From: Mytilus californianus
Lineage: Eukaryota
Length of the DNA stretch: 64,000 bases
Assembly (NCBI RefSeq): GCF_021869535.1
Contig: NW_026262712.1
Coordinates: forward strand, 107,756,001 to 107,820,000
Reading direction: 5' to 3'
In this document: piece by piece, positions 12,066 through 25,339 of the stretch
Position numbering within the stretch: position 1 is the first letter of the stretch
Layout of the letters: every line of letters begins with the position of its first letter
Translations under genes and position numbers: made by a program
Notes under the pieces: generated by a model
Database searches by the model: none
What the model was told of the DNA's origin: nothing
The model's input: the letters and a program-made list of their open reading frames with translations, nothing else

Positions 12066-13709
12066 TATTTATTACACACTATAGAGTAGAAGTTGAACAC
12101 GCCATAAATATTTTATGGTTACTCCATAATTTCATTAAACATAATTGGATAGTCTATATGGTACATCAAAAAATAACGTACAATTCCTCTAAAAACACTT
12201 TTATACATATTATTGAAATATTTTTGGAAAAGACGTCGCTAATTTGAAAAACTTGTGACTAATCCATTTGTCATTTTGAACAGTAAAATATGTTTAAACT
12301 ATCATTTTCAATCATATAAATGAAATATATCTCATCAGGGGTAAGAATGTACGTTTAACACGCTTGGCAGGTCAGTAAGTGTTATGATTAACGGGAGGTT
12401 GAGGGAATATGTCACATGACTTACATTTACTCTCCTGAAGGGGAAAATGGTAACAGGGTTGGGAGACGCGGTGCTTCATACTTCAGTCATTTTTTTAATG
12501 GGCAAAGAATCTCCCAAAACCACCAATGTCTTCGTGAATTTTGAATGTTCTATCCTTGATACATTACAATATAAAAAAATCCATACACAGCATTTTACAT
12601 TTTTCGATAAATGTATTCAGTATATTTGTTGTAGTGATACCAACCTTTTTCCGTACTTAAACTTACCTATGAAAGGTTGAGATTGAAAACATTGTTTGTT
12701 TTATTCACTTACAGGGGAATACTAATTTCTAATTATACGATATTGACATGATTTCTTATTTTTTATACCTTAGGTGATGAGTTGTGCCACTCGTATAAAA
12801 TATTTGTTTCTTTATACTGTTGTGAATCTCAATGACTCAACATTATGTTAATGTTGAAACCAATGTAATCTACCTTTCTAAGATAATTCCATGGGAATGA
12901 AAGATTTCATTTACATAGAAAACACAAGATTCTTAAAACAACAGATTTATATTAAATGTAGAAAGCGGTATGTGATTTTCAAATGCAATCTTTCAAATTG
13001 TTTTCTCATCAAAACATGTTAAAATATTATGAAATAACCGATTGGTATTAACTATATGTATGACACAAATAATCATGTATTTTCAAATGATTTCCAGTGA
13101 CTTTTTTCAATTCATACAGACACAATTTATGAAAGCTTTTCTGAAATACAAAGCTCTTTATTAGTATTTAAAGGCATGCTTTCATAATTAGTAGATTAAT
13201 TATTTTGGGCTTTTCTCAGGAGCTCGGATATTCACACTTTATTGAGTGGCATTATTCAAAAGAAAACGCAAATGGAATGAAACAGGACACTGACTAACTT
13301 CGAACAATTGCTGTTCAGTTGATTGATATCGTTTGATTTTGTCAGTTTTATGGACTTCCCCTTTTTGAATTTGCCTTGGAGTTTGGTATTTTGTTATACT
13401 TTTTTCTAGACTATTGGACTATATATATGTTTTCCCTTAGCAGTCACTACACATTTCAGGGAACTCCTACGCCACTGCTATGTTTAAAGAGTTGCTATCG
13501 TCAATTAGAGATTTGACAGGAAACAGATATTTAAGACTACAAATCACAAATTGAAGGTTGCAACGGTTCACAGTACCGTTATTCCTCTTCTAAAGCAAAA
13601 CTAGGAAAATTTTCAAAAGATATTATTTAAATTATCCTAATCAGTCAATGACGCCGCTCTGATATTTGTTAATTTCCACAGATTAAGAACTTCGGAAAAA
13701 TAAACCGTT

Positions 13710-14527
13710 GACACAGAGAGATGTCTCGCCTATTTGTAATTTTGGTAGCATAATGCAAATATTGAATCCAAATGGCAACATTTATACATGCAAACTATGC
13801 AAAACATTTAAAGTCAATGAATCATGACTAAGTCTTAATGATCAAATAACCTCCATGGAAATGAGAAATGCCAAATTTAAAGGCAATGCTTATAAAACTG
13901 CATACCAGATACGATTGACTTATCATAAGTGGTGCCCTTTATACTAACCAAAATGCAGATTTGAGCTTGTAAACAAAGTAAAAGTTTCAAAGTCAATGAA
14001 CCGTGCTGAGGGAATGGGGCCATATAATCTCCATGGAAAAGTGACAAAAAATAATAACTTCATACCAAATATCATTGACTTAACATTAGTATTCCTCTTA
14101 AAATGATCTTATCACAAACTTATACAAGTAAACTAAGCAAAAGTTTCAAAGTCAATGTACCATGACTGATTGGACAGGGCCAAAACATTTCCATGGATAT
14201 GAGATGTACAATGCTAACAAAACTGAATATCAAATATCATTGACCTACCACTAGTGGTTTCCCATAAATCACAAATTAATATATGTAAAGTAACAAAAGT
14301 TTAAAAGTCAATAGACCATGACTAAGGGGGGCGGGGCCAAATAATCTCCATGGAAATGAGATGTGTCAATGCTAATACAAGTGCATACCAAATATCATTG
14401 ACCTAACACTAGTGGATCCACATAAACTGACCATATCACAAAGTTATACATAGCTGACGACGACGCCGCCATCGAAAACAGCAAACCTTAGTCTCGCTTT
14501 TTAACCTTGTGAAGGCGAGACATAAAA
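13710..14527 (+). mobile_element. Non-autonomous Helentron-like element with ~160-bp internal repeats
   Basis: Subterminal IR atgtctcgcct / aggcgagacat, (gac)n tract, 3' hairpin gtctcgc..gcgagac. The paralogous empty site near 45700 shows insertion before an A-run with no TSD. Confidence 0.75.
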
Positions 14528-15584
14528 GGAAGGAAAACACTGCTGCTTTTCATTTGTTTTCAGTTTTCAAATCGTGATCATCTTCTTTTACAAAGGATTA
14601 GTAATGTTACAATGTGTTGTTCTCCGTAAGGATGTTGAAAAGGCACCACATAACCTTTCGCTAGCAAAGATATTTTGTAGGAATCTCGGAGTTCATTATT
14701 ATTATATGTCCCTGCAATGATGTAGTGATAAGTAACAGTAAATTGGTCATTTTTATAATTACACATTAATGTCATTACATGTATTCGGATAGTCTACTAT
14801 GCTTCATCCGAAAATAAGGTCAAATTACTTTAATTTTGGAAAATTGATTTTTAGTTGAGTGTGTATTGAAGATTTTTATTGGTTTATTTATCTCTGATGA
14901 CGTTTCCATCTTTCTGATATCATAAAGCTATCACACTCATTAAACAAGTACTAATGTGTACACATATATATTTGATAATGAAAATACACTCAATGCATTT
15001 GAAAATGTCAATCTTTCAGGCCACATTTATTCTTTTTGATAAAAAATGGTAATTGTAAAAGTATACATCAATTAACTGACTTAGATATTCGAAGTGCCGC
15101 ATGATCGGTAATACTTAGGAAGATATGATCACTAAAGAAGATAAACTCAGATGAGAATCGATGGGGGATTAAGTGGAAAAACTGTATTATATTAAGGTCC
15201 AGTAGCTTGTATTACAGACTTCACTAGCTTATCCACGAGACTTTTTAAAATTTTGTTAGCAGGCAGGTTTTAGAAATATTTTTGAAAGTTTGGGAAGTTT
15301 GATAATATCTTTCCACCGACCGGGATTTTTACAGAACTGTCTCTGATTTTCTTTGTATTTTAAATGTTGACCCTGTCAGTTCGACTTCTTTTTTTCGAAT
15401 TTTTGCCTTCGCGTTTTCGCCCTATAGAATATGTTAGGCGAAATGGCGAAATCGAGAAATGGCCTTAACCGGACACCATAGTTTTTTTACTTTTATGATG
15501 ACATACGCATGATAAAAATACAAAGGGAGATGTTTGTGCACGCATAAAACTGGCCGCAATTGTCTACCCTTTTCATAATTGGAA

Positions 15585-16005
15585 CACAAGGGTTGACTGG
15601 AGTATAGCAATATGGTCACCCCTTTGTTTTCTTCTGACCGACAATGAAACCCTTGCCAAAATGGGGCCTACGTTTGGCTGTGCGGGATGTATCAAATCGC
15701 TGCCACATCCGGTCAGAATTTGAACATTAATTACGATGCCTCCCGTAGAGGTAGTAACACGCTCTTTCCATGCTAAGAAACATGGTAACAACTCTTTGGG
15801 GGGTCTGTAGGTGACCAGTTGCAAGGCTAAATTTCTATTCCTATCCAATATACCCTCATTTCCTAGTTGCATTCCAAATTTCTCGCCAATCATTCCGATA
15901 GCTATTGCAGAGACTGCCTATTGGTTTTATTGTAAATTTGTTCTCGTCCTGAACATGCATGAGATATTTGCCACTGGGCGTAAAGCAAACAACAATCAAT
16001 CAATC
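15585..16005 (+). mobile_element. Old SINE-like element with (CAAT)n tail; paralogs at ~32515-32940 (+) and ~17352-17530 (-, partial)
   Basis: GC-rich body ending gttctcgtcctgaacatgcatgagatatttgccactgg..aacaatcaatcaatc. It predates the GPCR duplications. 5' boundary approximate. Confidence 0.6.
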
Positions 16006-16237
16006 TATACATGATAGAAAAGTCAATACGTATAATAAGGAGACATTTTTGACGAAGTATGATTTTGCCAGAATAGTACAATTTTTATCTTCACAATAAT
16101 GCTTCCAAAACAGATTATATCAAAATGAGTTTCTAAGGAAATTCCCTACAAAATAACACATATTTACATAAACGTCCCAAGATTATCTTTGACTGATACC
16201 TGCTGGAAAAAGCGATATTCGCAAAATAACGGAACAT

Positions 16238-16432
16238 ACATCTACTGATACCAACATTAAAAAACACCTACTGATACCAACATTAAAACACCTATTGATA
16301 CCAACATAAAAACACCTGCTGAAACCAACATAACAACACCTACTGATACCAACATAAAAAACACCTACTGATACCAACATAAAAAACACCTACTGATACC
16401 AACATAAAAACACCTACTGATACCAACTTAAA
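16238..16432. repeat. 24-25-bp minisatellite (acacctactgataccaacataaaa), ~8 copies
   Basis: Units at ~16238, 16264, 16288, 16312, 16336, 16361, 16386 and 16411. Confidence 0.9.
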
Positions 16433-16569
16433 AAAAAAAATTCGTTTAACATTTCACAGCGGTATAACATGTTACTTTAATTATTCTTCCCTTAGTTTAT
16501 TTATTTTGTATTTACATTGTATCATAGATCAAATTTATTTGTTCAGTGTATGTTCACTGGTGTTAATAT

Positions 16570-16991
16570 GTCTTTTGATTTAGTTAAGCCATTTCAATTG
16601 ATATTTTATAGTGTGTCTTTCTATGTTGTGATGTTACACTATTGTTTCAGATACGGGTGAAGGTTTGGTACCAATAAAACGTTTAAACCCGCTGCAATTG
16701 TTTGCACCTGTCCTAAGTCAGGAATTTGATGTTCAGTAGTTGTCGTTTGTTGATGTGGTTCATAAGTGTTTCTTGTTTCTCGTTTTTTTTATATAGATTG
16801 ACCGTTGGTTTTCCTGTTTGAATAGTTTTATACTAGTAATTTTTGGGGCCCTTTATAGCTTGCTGTTCGGTGTGAGCCAAGGCTCCGTGTTGAAGACCGT
16901 ACTTTGACCTATAATAGTTTACTTTTATAAGTTTTGACTTGTGTGGAGAGTTGTCTCATTGGCACTCATACCACATCTTCTTATATCTGTA
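16570..16991. mobile_element. High-copy dispersed element ending cattggcactcataccacatcttcttatatct; more copies at ~30597, 43597, 48683, 52597, 53941-54170 and 58365-58632
   Basis: At least seven near-identical, variably truncated copies share one terminus and are absent from paralogous GPCR upstream sites. Confidence 0.85.
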
Positions 16992-17116
16992 TAATTTAAC
17001 AAATCTTCAACCCGTGACATCCGCCCATGTATAACCAATGAAAGGCATACATAGCTTAAAAAGTATTGTAGGAAAGAAAGTAAAGTAATTAAGAAAATAA
17101 ATGTAATGGTGCAATT

Positions 17117-17230
17117 ATTCCCTATGATTCCAACGATACTTCCGATAATTATCAGAATAGTACTGCTTAAAGCGAGATCGGAGTATTTGATTTCCCAAAG
17201 AACCTGAACATAATCAGTGCTATTCACCAT
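17117..17230 (-). pseudogene. 5' fragment (38 codons) of the GPCR, truncated at an inversion junction
   Basis: MVNSTDYVQVLWEIKYSDLALSSTILIIIGSIVGIIGN matches the N-termini of both intact GPCRs. Homology stops after the TM1 GN. Confidence 0.92.
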
Positions 17231-20200
17231 TTACGTATATTATTTACGTCTTTGTGTCAGAATAAAAGTGTGGTGAAATATACGATTTAAATTGTATTCG
17301 ATATTACTTTGCTTCCTTTCCTAGAATATTTTTTAAGTTACGTTTTCCGTGATCCTCGGGTTGTTAGCGTGGAAAGAGCGTGGGACTCCATCTACGCGAG
17401 GCATCGGAATTATCGTTCTATCTTATACATCCATCAAAGCCAAACAAAGCCCAATTTTGGCAATGATTTTGCTGTCGGTCGGAAGAAAACCAAGGGATGA
17501 CGATATTGCTATACTCCAGTCAACCACTGCAGTCTAATTATGAAATTGTAGGCAATTGCAGCTAGATTTAAATATGCACACACATTCTCCTTTGTATTTT
17601 CAGGCCATGCGTATGTCATAAAAGTAACACAATAAATTCTACACAGTCCAGCTACCAACAGGTTAATTAATTTAAACAAGGAATAAAATATTGTATAAAA
17701 TTTGGAAAGCTGGGTCAAAATGTGTTTAACTGCTACAGAAAGTTGTCAAAAGTAGCAACAGCTGTTTGTTGAATACTTCTGGTCAATAATGTGTTCATAT
17801 TGCTGACAGTAACGCTAGTACACAGACAAGTGAGAGAATACAATATCTAAAAGTTGTGCAACAACAATACGAACTAGAAATGTCATTGCAAGCAATGGCG
17901 GATATCACACCCGCTAACTGTCACTAAACGGTAGCCACTTTGAAAACTGTAAAGTCGAATGCCACATCCACACATGCCAGCTAACATTTCTGTAAAGTTT
18001 AATTAAGTTCGGACATTTCATTTTTTTACAATTTGCTGTTTCCATGGTTAAGGCAGTCATGTTGAAAATTCCAAAGTAAACGGCACATCTACACATGCCA
18101 ATTAAAGTTTGTGTGAAGATTCATTAATTTTGGAGCATTTTTATTATTTTTTTTGCTGTTTCCATGGTGACAGTTGACTTTTTGAGAATTTTGAACATTT
18201 AATTCCACATTTATACATTGAAGATAACAAATCGATAAAAAACATTAGTTTTGATCTAATTGTCTTTAGGAAAATGTTACTTTTGTGTTTTACCGTACGA
18301 TTCTATGTTAACCATATTCCAGAAAAGGCACAGCCGTGAAGTTCTGAAGATACTCACTATCATACAAAACCTTGTATAGCGAACATCTACATTGTATAAA
18401 AATTTCATGATTTATAGATCAGGTAACTCAAATTAGGCATAAACTAAATGTTTGCATTTTCCATAGTAAAGGCGGCCATTTTAAAAATTCCTGCACCATT
18501 ACTGCACATCTACATATGGTGGTTCTCGTTATGGTTTATTTTTTTTAAGATTGATCCAACAGTACCTGAAAAATAGCGCGAATAAAATATCATTGGAATA
18601 ATAATGATAACAGAGAAACGATAGCGATAGATTCCATCGGGGTGACATAATGAAATGGTACATAGTGCTGTAAGAAGGGAATATATATCAACCTATATAC
18701 AGGCTTCTCTAATGTAAATTATCAGCTAGCTGTGTGTTGCTATCGAGATTAACGTGTTGCTGAAGTCAAATGAAGTTTAAATAGTTCTTAGTCTTGAAAA
18801 TAAATTTCCATTATACCCTTTGCAATTGGAGTTGTAAGTTTTCAGATCAAGAATAAGCATCATACAAATGTTTTTTTACCAACCAAAAGACTACAAAAGT
18901 AGATTTAATATAAACATAAAGGGGATGCTATGAAATAATGGCCAATAAAACAACTATCCATTGTCATTTGATGGAAAGGGGCTACAACAACAGAAACATG
19001 AACAATGGTTTTCAAAAAAAGTGGAACTGACAGGTCTCCACTTTTCATATACAAAGAAAATCAGAGACAGTGCTGACATACTATCAAGAATTAAAGGACT
19101 TAATATATATAATCTAGGACAGTCGAAAGATATTATTAAACATTCCAAACTTTCAAAAATATTTCCAAACATGCTTGCTTACAAAATTTTAAAAAGCCTC
19201 GTGGATTAGCTAGTGAAATCTGTAATACCAGTTGCTCAACCTTAAATTATACAGTTTTCACACTTAATCCCCCATCTATTGATATCAGATTTCATCCTCT
19301 TTAGTAATAATATCTTCCAGTAATACCTATCACGCGGCACTTTGAATATCAAAGTCAGTTAATTGAGGTATACTTTTACAATTACCATTTTCACCCAAAA
19401 GAAGAAATATGGCCATAGAGTGTGACATTTTAAATTCAGTAAAATGCATTGAATATATTTTTATCATCACAAGTTATCAAATATAAATGAATTAACATTT
19501 GTATTTGTTTAATGAGAGTGATAGTTTTATGATATCAAAAAGATAGCGAAGTCCTCGAAGGTAAATTAACCCAACAAAATCTTCAACACACACCAAACGA
19601 AAATTTTTCAAAAAAATTCCTGCAGATTTCAACCTGAACATGAAGTTTGTTTTTATCACTATATCAGAAACATGTATATTATATTTATCTATATCCATGT
19701 CATTTGAACTCTAGTGGAGAGTTGCCTTATTTTTAAGTGGTTTTGAATGATTCTTTGTCCAATTAAAAAAGACTGAAGCACGAAGCACGTCGTCCCCACC
19801 TCCCATAGCCCTTCCCCCCGCACAGAGAGTAAATGAAAGTACATGTGACAATTAACATCAGCCTCCAGTTAATTATTATGTGATTAATATAAAACTTACT
19901 GACCTTCCTAGCTACATTCTCACCCGTGCTGAGGTATATTTCATTTCTATCATGGTAAATGGAAAATGATAGCTTTCAATAATATAGAAGTTTTTTTTTA
20001 TCTCATATTATGATATAGCATATAGACTATCCAACAATATTTATATTGTGTAATCAATTATAACGACATAGTATACCAAATCACATAATTATAAGCCCTG
20101 TTTAGTGTTACTTATCACTGCGACATTACAGGGACATATAATAATTATAATAAACTCTGAGATCGCTTCAAAATATCTTTGCTAGCCAAGGGTTATGCGG

Positions 20201-20730
20201 TACCTTTTTATCTCTACGGAGAACAAAGCACTGTACCATTACTTACCCTTTGTAAATGAAGATGATAGCGATTGGGAAACTGAGAATAACTGAAAGGCAA
20301 CATCAGTTTCCTTCCTTGGTTCATTCATATCACATTTTTTTTCTGAAGTTTTAAACCTAAAGGAACACTACTTTTATCGTTTTTCATTTATTTGAGTCAT
20401 ATGAATTCTCGTCTTATTAATAATGGAGCGTTGACTTTATTTTGTACTGGTAAATTCAGGCTTAAAGAACAAAGAATTTTAAAAAGTAATTTTATTTAAA
20501 AATGATTACAATATTATTTATACTTTATACAAAATAGTTTATACAAATCACAATTGAATATGCCATTGCCTTAATAGCTACACGAAAAGAGTTCACCGTT
20601 TACGTAGAAAGTAAAATGATTAGTTTATTAAAACCAGTCAAAATGCCTCCAAGAAATCGGCAGTGAAATAGAGTATCTTTAAATCAAGTAAACGCGTTTA
20701 TGTTTCTCAATCCAACGTTGTCTTCACACT

Positions 20731-21336
20731 TTATTTATTAGTTTGTACCACCCAGTATGTGTTTACCTGTGTAAATAACTTTCTCAATTATGTTCTAAAC
20801 TTCTCATCAAAGTAACTATATATAAAGAGATTGACAATGTGGTTTAGAAACAAAAAACGCGCAAGGTAAGTACAAACAAAAGCTGCCTCCATGGATATAG
20901 ATATAAAATTGAAATCACTAACAGCATATACTTAAATTAAAATGAATTACGAAGGAATATAAGATAAAACATAAGCAACAATGATGACAAAAACATAATT
21001 TTTATTCTTGTTGTTGCCTTTTCCTTTCTTTTTCTTTCCCTGTCCTCGGTCGCTAAAGTATTTACTGGTTTATTAGTATCCTGATCACCTCGCAAAGTAG
21101 AGGGTTTATTAATGCTGGGATTGGAGCTTGATTTATCCTGGATCTGAATATTAGTAGTTTTCCTAAGTATTTGAGTTCTTTATCTTTTGTTAACACTAAA
21201 TCAGTATAACGTGGTGTATTTCGATGTTTCCTTTACTTATGCCCACTTCTGATGTCCCCAGAAAGGAGAGTTTATCCTCTTCAAAACTAGTAAAACAAAC
21301 TTATGGTTATCAGAATACTGACAATCGTTAACAGAA
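20731..21336 (-). pseudogene. 3' half (TM5 to stop) of a GPCR paralog with in-frame stops and frameshifts
   Basis: Reverse complement aligns from ctgttaacgatt (TM5) to tac tgg gtg gta caa act aat aaa TAA. It has premature TAA codons (tcgTAAttc, acaTAAttg) and a 1-nt deletion in TM6. Confidence 0.92.
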
Positions 21337-21560
21337 AAAAAACGCAAAATAACGGAACATACACCTACTGATACCAACATAAAAAAACATGCATGTATAT
21401 TTTAACTAATCTTCCATTCGTGACATCCGCCGATGTATAATCAGGGAAAGGATCACGGAAAACAATTCATTCTAGGAAAGGAAGAAAAGTAATATCGAAA
21501 ACATATAAAATCGTATATTTCCCCACACTTTTATTCTGACACAAAGACGTAAATAATAGT

Positions 21561-22739
21561 ATGACGAATAACACTGATTATCTTCAGGTTCTTTGGGAAC
21601 TGAAATACTCCGATCTCGCTTTAAGCAGTACTATTCTGATAATCATCGGAGGTATCGTTGGAATCCTAGGGAATGTTTCAGTAATAATATGTTACTTCTT
21701 TCGGATTGAGAAGTGCGGAGAGCGTTATTTTATTCCGGTGTTGGCAGTCGTTGACCTGGTTGCTTGTATAACAAGTTCTATTTTCTATGTTATGGATAAT
21801 ACATTTTTCTTCAATTATCCCTACGATTTGATGTGTCGTATTCTGACATTTCTGCAGCTGCTTGTACCAGCGACTTCGGCAAGTTTATTGGTCATAATTA
21901 GTCTTCAAAGATATTTATTAGTTTGCAAACCTCACGGACCAAAGATGACATTACGTTGGAAAAGGATTTCAATTGGTGTCGCATGCTTGTTTACTTTATC
22001 TTACTCTGCACCGATGCTTGCGATATCTGGGATTAAAACATCAAATGAAACGTTTCAGAATCATACAATACAAATTACAGTCTGTAAATTTTCAACAGCA
22101 GAAACTTCAGCTAAGATAACAGTGTACTTCGGTTTTCTTCTTCTGTTAACGATTATCAGTATTCTGGTAACCATAAGTTTGTTCATACCAGTTTTGAGGA
22201 GGATAAAACTCTCCCTTCTTGGGAAATTCAGAAATAAACATCAAAATACACCACCTTATACTGATTCGGTGTCCACAAAAGATATAGAACTGAGAAAATG
22301 CGTAGGAAAAACGCAGGAAATTCAGATCCAGGAAAAATCTAGCTCCAATCCAAGCATTGATACATCCTCTACTTTGAGAGGTGATCTTGATGCTAATAAA
22401 TCAGTAAATACTTTAGCAACCGAGGACAGTGAAAGAATAAGAAAGGAAAAAACAACAAGAAGAATAACAATTATGTTTTTTGTCATCATTGTTGCTTATG
22501 TTTTATCTTATATTCCTTCGTTAATCATTTTAATTGTAGTATATACTGTTGGTGATCTCAATTTTATTTCTATATCCAAAGAGGCAGCATTTGTTAGTAC
22601 TTACCTTGCGCGGTTTGTGTTTCTAAACCACATTGTCAATCCCTTTATTTATAGTTACTTTGATGAAAAGTTTAGAACAGAACTGAGAAAGTTATTAACA
22701 CAGGTAAAAACATACTGGATGGTACAAAATGATGAATAA
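21561..22739 (+). CDS. Class A (rhodopsin-like) GPCR, single coding exon, 392 aa (GPCR-1)
   Basis: Seven hydrophobic segments with TM1 GN, TM2 LAxxD, TM3 C...QRY, ECL2 Cys, TM6 SYIP and TM7 NPFIY. Intact ATG-to-stop ORF. Ligand class cannot be assigned. Confidence 0.95.
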   Translation: MTNNTDYLQVLWELKYSDLALSSTILIIIGGIVGILGNVSVIICYFFRIEKCGERYFIPVLAVVDLVACITSSIFYVMDNTFFFNYPYDLMCRILTFLQLLVPATSASLLVIISLQRYLLVCKPHGPKMTLRWKRISIGVACLFTLSYSAPMLAISGIKTSNETFQNHTIQITVCKFSTAETSAKITVYFGFLLLLTIISILVTISLFIPVLRRIKLSLLGKFRNKHQNTPPYTDSVSTKDIELRKCVGKTQEIQIQEKSSSNPSIDTSSTLRGDLDANKSVNTLATEDSERIRKEKTTRRITIMFFVIIVAYVLSYIPSLIILIVVYTVGDLNFISISKEAAFVSTYLARFVFLNHIVNPFIYSYFDEKFRTELRKLLTQVKTYWMVQNDE

Positions 22740-23609
22740 AGTGTGTAGACACAGTTGGATTGAGAAAATGAGTTAATTTATTCAATTATATACACGTTAA
22801 CTAGATTTCAAGAGACTCAATTTCACTGCCAATTTTGAGGCATTTGGACTGGTTTTAATATACTAACCTCCTTACTGTCAATGTTAACGGTGAATTCGAA
22901 CTCTTTTCAATGGAACATTTCAAACAATTAAAATGTAGATGGAGATATTGCTGAGAGAGATGTGTCAAAAACATTTTATTCGAGTATCCGAGTACGGAAT
23001 TTGCAATCGAGTGTTCGGTCTTCAGAGCGAGTACTCGTCCAGGATATGGTTGGTCACCTAAAAAAATGATTAAATTACGATTTCTTTGCTAATTTAATGT
23101 AATCAATAACATAACAATTACTCCTAAATTCAAATGTAATCGATTACATTTGATCGATTACTTTTTTTTAAGTAATCATGATTACATTGGATTACATTGT
23201 ATACTGTGATATTAAAGTTTTTTTTAAAACATAAAAAACGAAAAAAAGAACGTTAATTTTTGTGAAAAGTTGTGTTTTTAATATCTTTAATATATATACA
23301 GCATATATGTTATTAAGAACTTAAATCAGGAGCAGTGTAATATTAGTATTGTTTGATAGCATAAGAAAATGACATTTCTCTATCATAGAAAAAACATTGT
23401 CTTTAAATTTATGAATATTTTAGCCCAGTGTTTATTTGCAGTTAACAAAAACAATTGAGGGACTATTGAATGATCAAATAGCTTTATTGTATATTTTGCC
23501 ATGGACATGATTGTATGAAAAAATTTCAATATTGGATATTAAAAACACATTTGAATTTTTATAGAACAAAAAATTGATGAAGATTGTGAAACAAAAAAAT
23601 TAAGGTGTG

Positions 23610-23797
23610 ATTTCCGAAGCACCAGAGATCACCCCCAGTTTTTGGTGGGGTTCGTGTTGCTCAGGCTTTGGTTTTCTAAGTTGTGTTTTGTATACTGTTG
23701 TTTGTTTGTTTGTCTTTTTCTTTTTTAGCCATGGCATTGTCAGTTTATTTTCGATTTATGATTTTGCATGTCCCTTTAATATTCTTCGCCTCTCTTT
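23610..23797 (+). mobile_element. 3' UTR fragment of a Penelope-like element
   Basis: ~85% similar by eye to the reverse complement of 24091-24290. Absent from the paralogous site near 35515. Confidence 0.7.
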
Positions 23798-24090
23798 TTC
23801 CATTACTTTTAAATGGGGTCATTTATGTTAATCATCATAGTCAAAAATGGAATTAATTCCCTAAAATAATGTTCTATGCTGTTAAATGTCAAGGAAACAG
23901 AGAACAAAATATTGTGATATCTAGAATTGTAATTTTTATCAAAATTTAACCATCAGGAAACCCAAAATATTCTCAATGCAGACATTTCGTATTACAAGGA
24001 CTCAATCTCCAAATGAAACATTAGAAAACGTAATTCATTAAGTGAATTATTGTCAAAACAAATCACACAATTTCACTGTACATGTCTTAA

Positions 24091-24475
24091 AAGAGAGGCG
24101 AAAGATACCAAAAGGACATTAAAACTCATAAGTCGAAAATAAACTGACAACGCCATAGCTAAAAAAGAAAAAGACCAAAAGACAAACAATAGTACACAAA
24201 ACGCAACATTGCAAACTAAAGACTGAGCAACACGAACCCCATCAAAAACTGGGGGTGATCTCAGGTGCTCCGGAAGGGTAAGCAGATTCTGCTCCACATG
24301 TGGCACCCGTCGTGTTGCTCATGTTAGTACAAAACCGGTAATAAGTCTAATTCGGTAGGTCACATTCGCGAAAATGGGACGGGATTATAGTTACGACATT
24401 AGGAACATATACGCTATCATCTGTGAAACGGACATTCCGTAACGGTCAACCAACTCGTGATGGCGTCCGTAAATT
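24091..24475 (-). mobile_element. 5'-truncated Penelope-like (Naiad-type) 3' end, flanked by TTAA on both sides
   Basis: Minus strand encodes KIYGRHHELVDRYGMSVSQM, homologous to the RT C-terminus at 38418-38720. The empty site tcTTAAgcg lies at 35812-35815. Confidence 0.75.
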
Positions 24476-25339
24476 TTAAGCGTAGTTTTATACTGGTTAT
24501 ACTGTTGCAGGGAATGAAATCTACCCCTATTCAAAATATCCATATTTTAGCGGTAGTCTTAATTTCATATCAACTCCCGCTCTACCTTGAAAAACTAGCT
24601 ATTGTTTATTTGTTTTCGTCCTTGTTCTAGATGAACTATTTGCCACTGGACTTTAAAGCAACAATTAATCAATCACTCAATGAATCTGAAAGATGCAAAA
24701 TGATTGTATATGATCAATTGCAGAGGTTTATGGAATATTTCTATGTCAATTGTGATTTGTATAACTATTATGTATATATTATATTGTAATCATTCTTAAA
24801 TAAAGTTATTCTTTAAGCTTATTTTTTCCCTTAAGCCTGTTTACCTGTACAAATGTCAACATACTACTTCATTGTAAGTAAGACGATAATTCATATAATT
24901 CAAATGAATAAACAAGAAACAAACTGCAATAAAGATTGAGGTACACTCACATAATGAATGTCATAAAAAACTTAATGTGTAAACGATGACTAAACAAGAG
25001 ATCTTTTACAATATCTAAAATATATTTTATGTATGAAATTAATATGCAAAAAAAAAAAAAAAAAAAAAAAACGAAACATTCCAGTAGTGTTTCAAACAGT
25101 AGATAAACAATTCCTAAATATAAACAATATGATTAAAACCTTTATCAATTAATGTATTAAAACGATTAAAACCTTTACCAATAATTGTATAAAATAAAAC
25201 AAAAAGAATGTAAAAGGCGTTGTCTTATATTGTTCACTGAATATATAAGTTTTAAATTAAAAGGTTGTTAAAGACCTTTTTGAAATTCTTATTGAAAGAG
25301 CATACTAAATGTTCAATAAAAAACTATAAGTCGGATTGA

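Larger units (their letters stand above)
12090..17112 (+). other. GPCR upstream-region paralog block A (no CDS follows)
   Basis: Piecewise collinear with 26560-28900, 31495-33350 and 40830-41680. Homology stops ~17112, shortly before where the ATG would be. Confidence 0.8.
17117..21336 (-). other. Inverted, internally deleted segment of the GPCR tandem array
   Basis: Read on minus: GPCR 3' half, 3' flank, upstream block, GPCR first 38 codons. For example, 19190-19650 is the reverse complement of 14870-15340. Confidence 0.88.

Noticed and set aside
15573-15893. Paralogous ORFs at 15573-15893, 17349-17537, 32510-32722 and 32704-32934 as a small gene family
   Set aside because: They are antisense to an old SINE-like insertion, and frames and stops are not conserved between copies.
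16925-17116. Remainder of the 101-aa ORF as a novel chimeric membrane protein
   Set aside because: After codon 38 it is antisense upstream sequence plus a dispersed repeat, read through an inversion junction.
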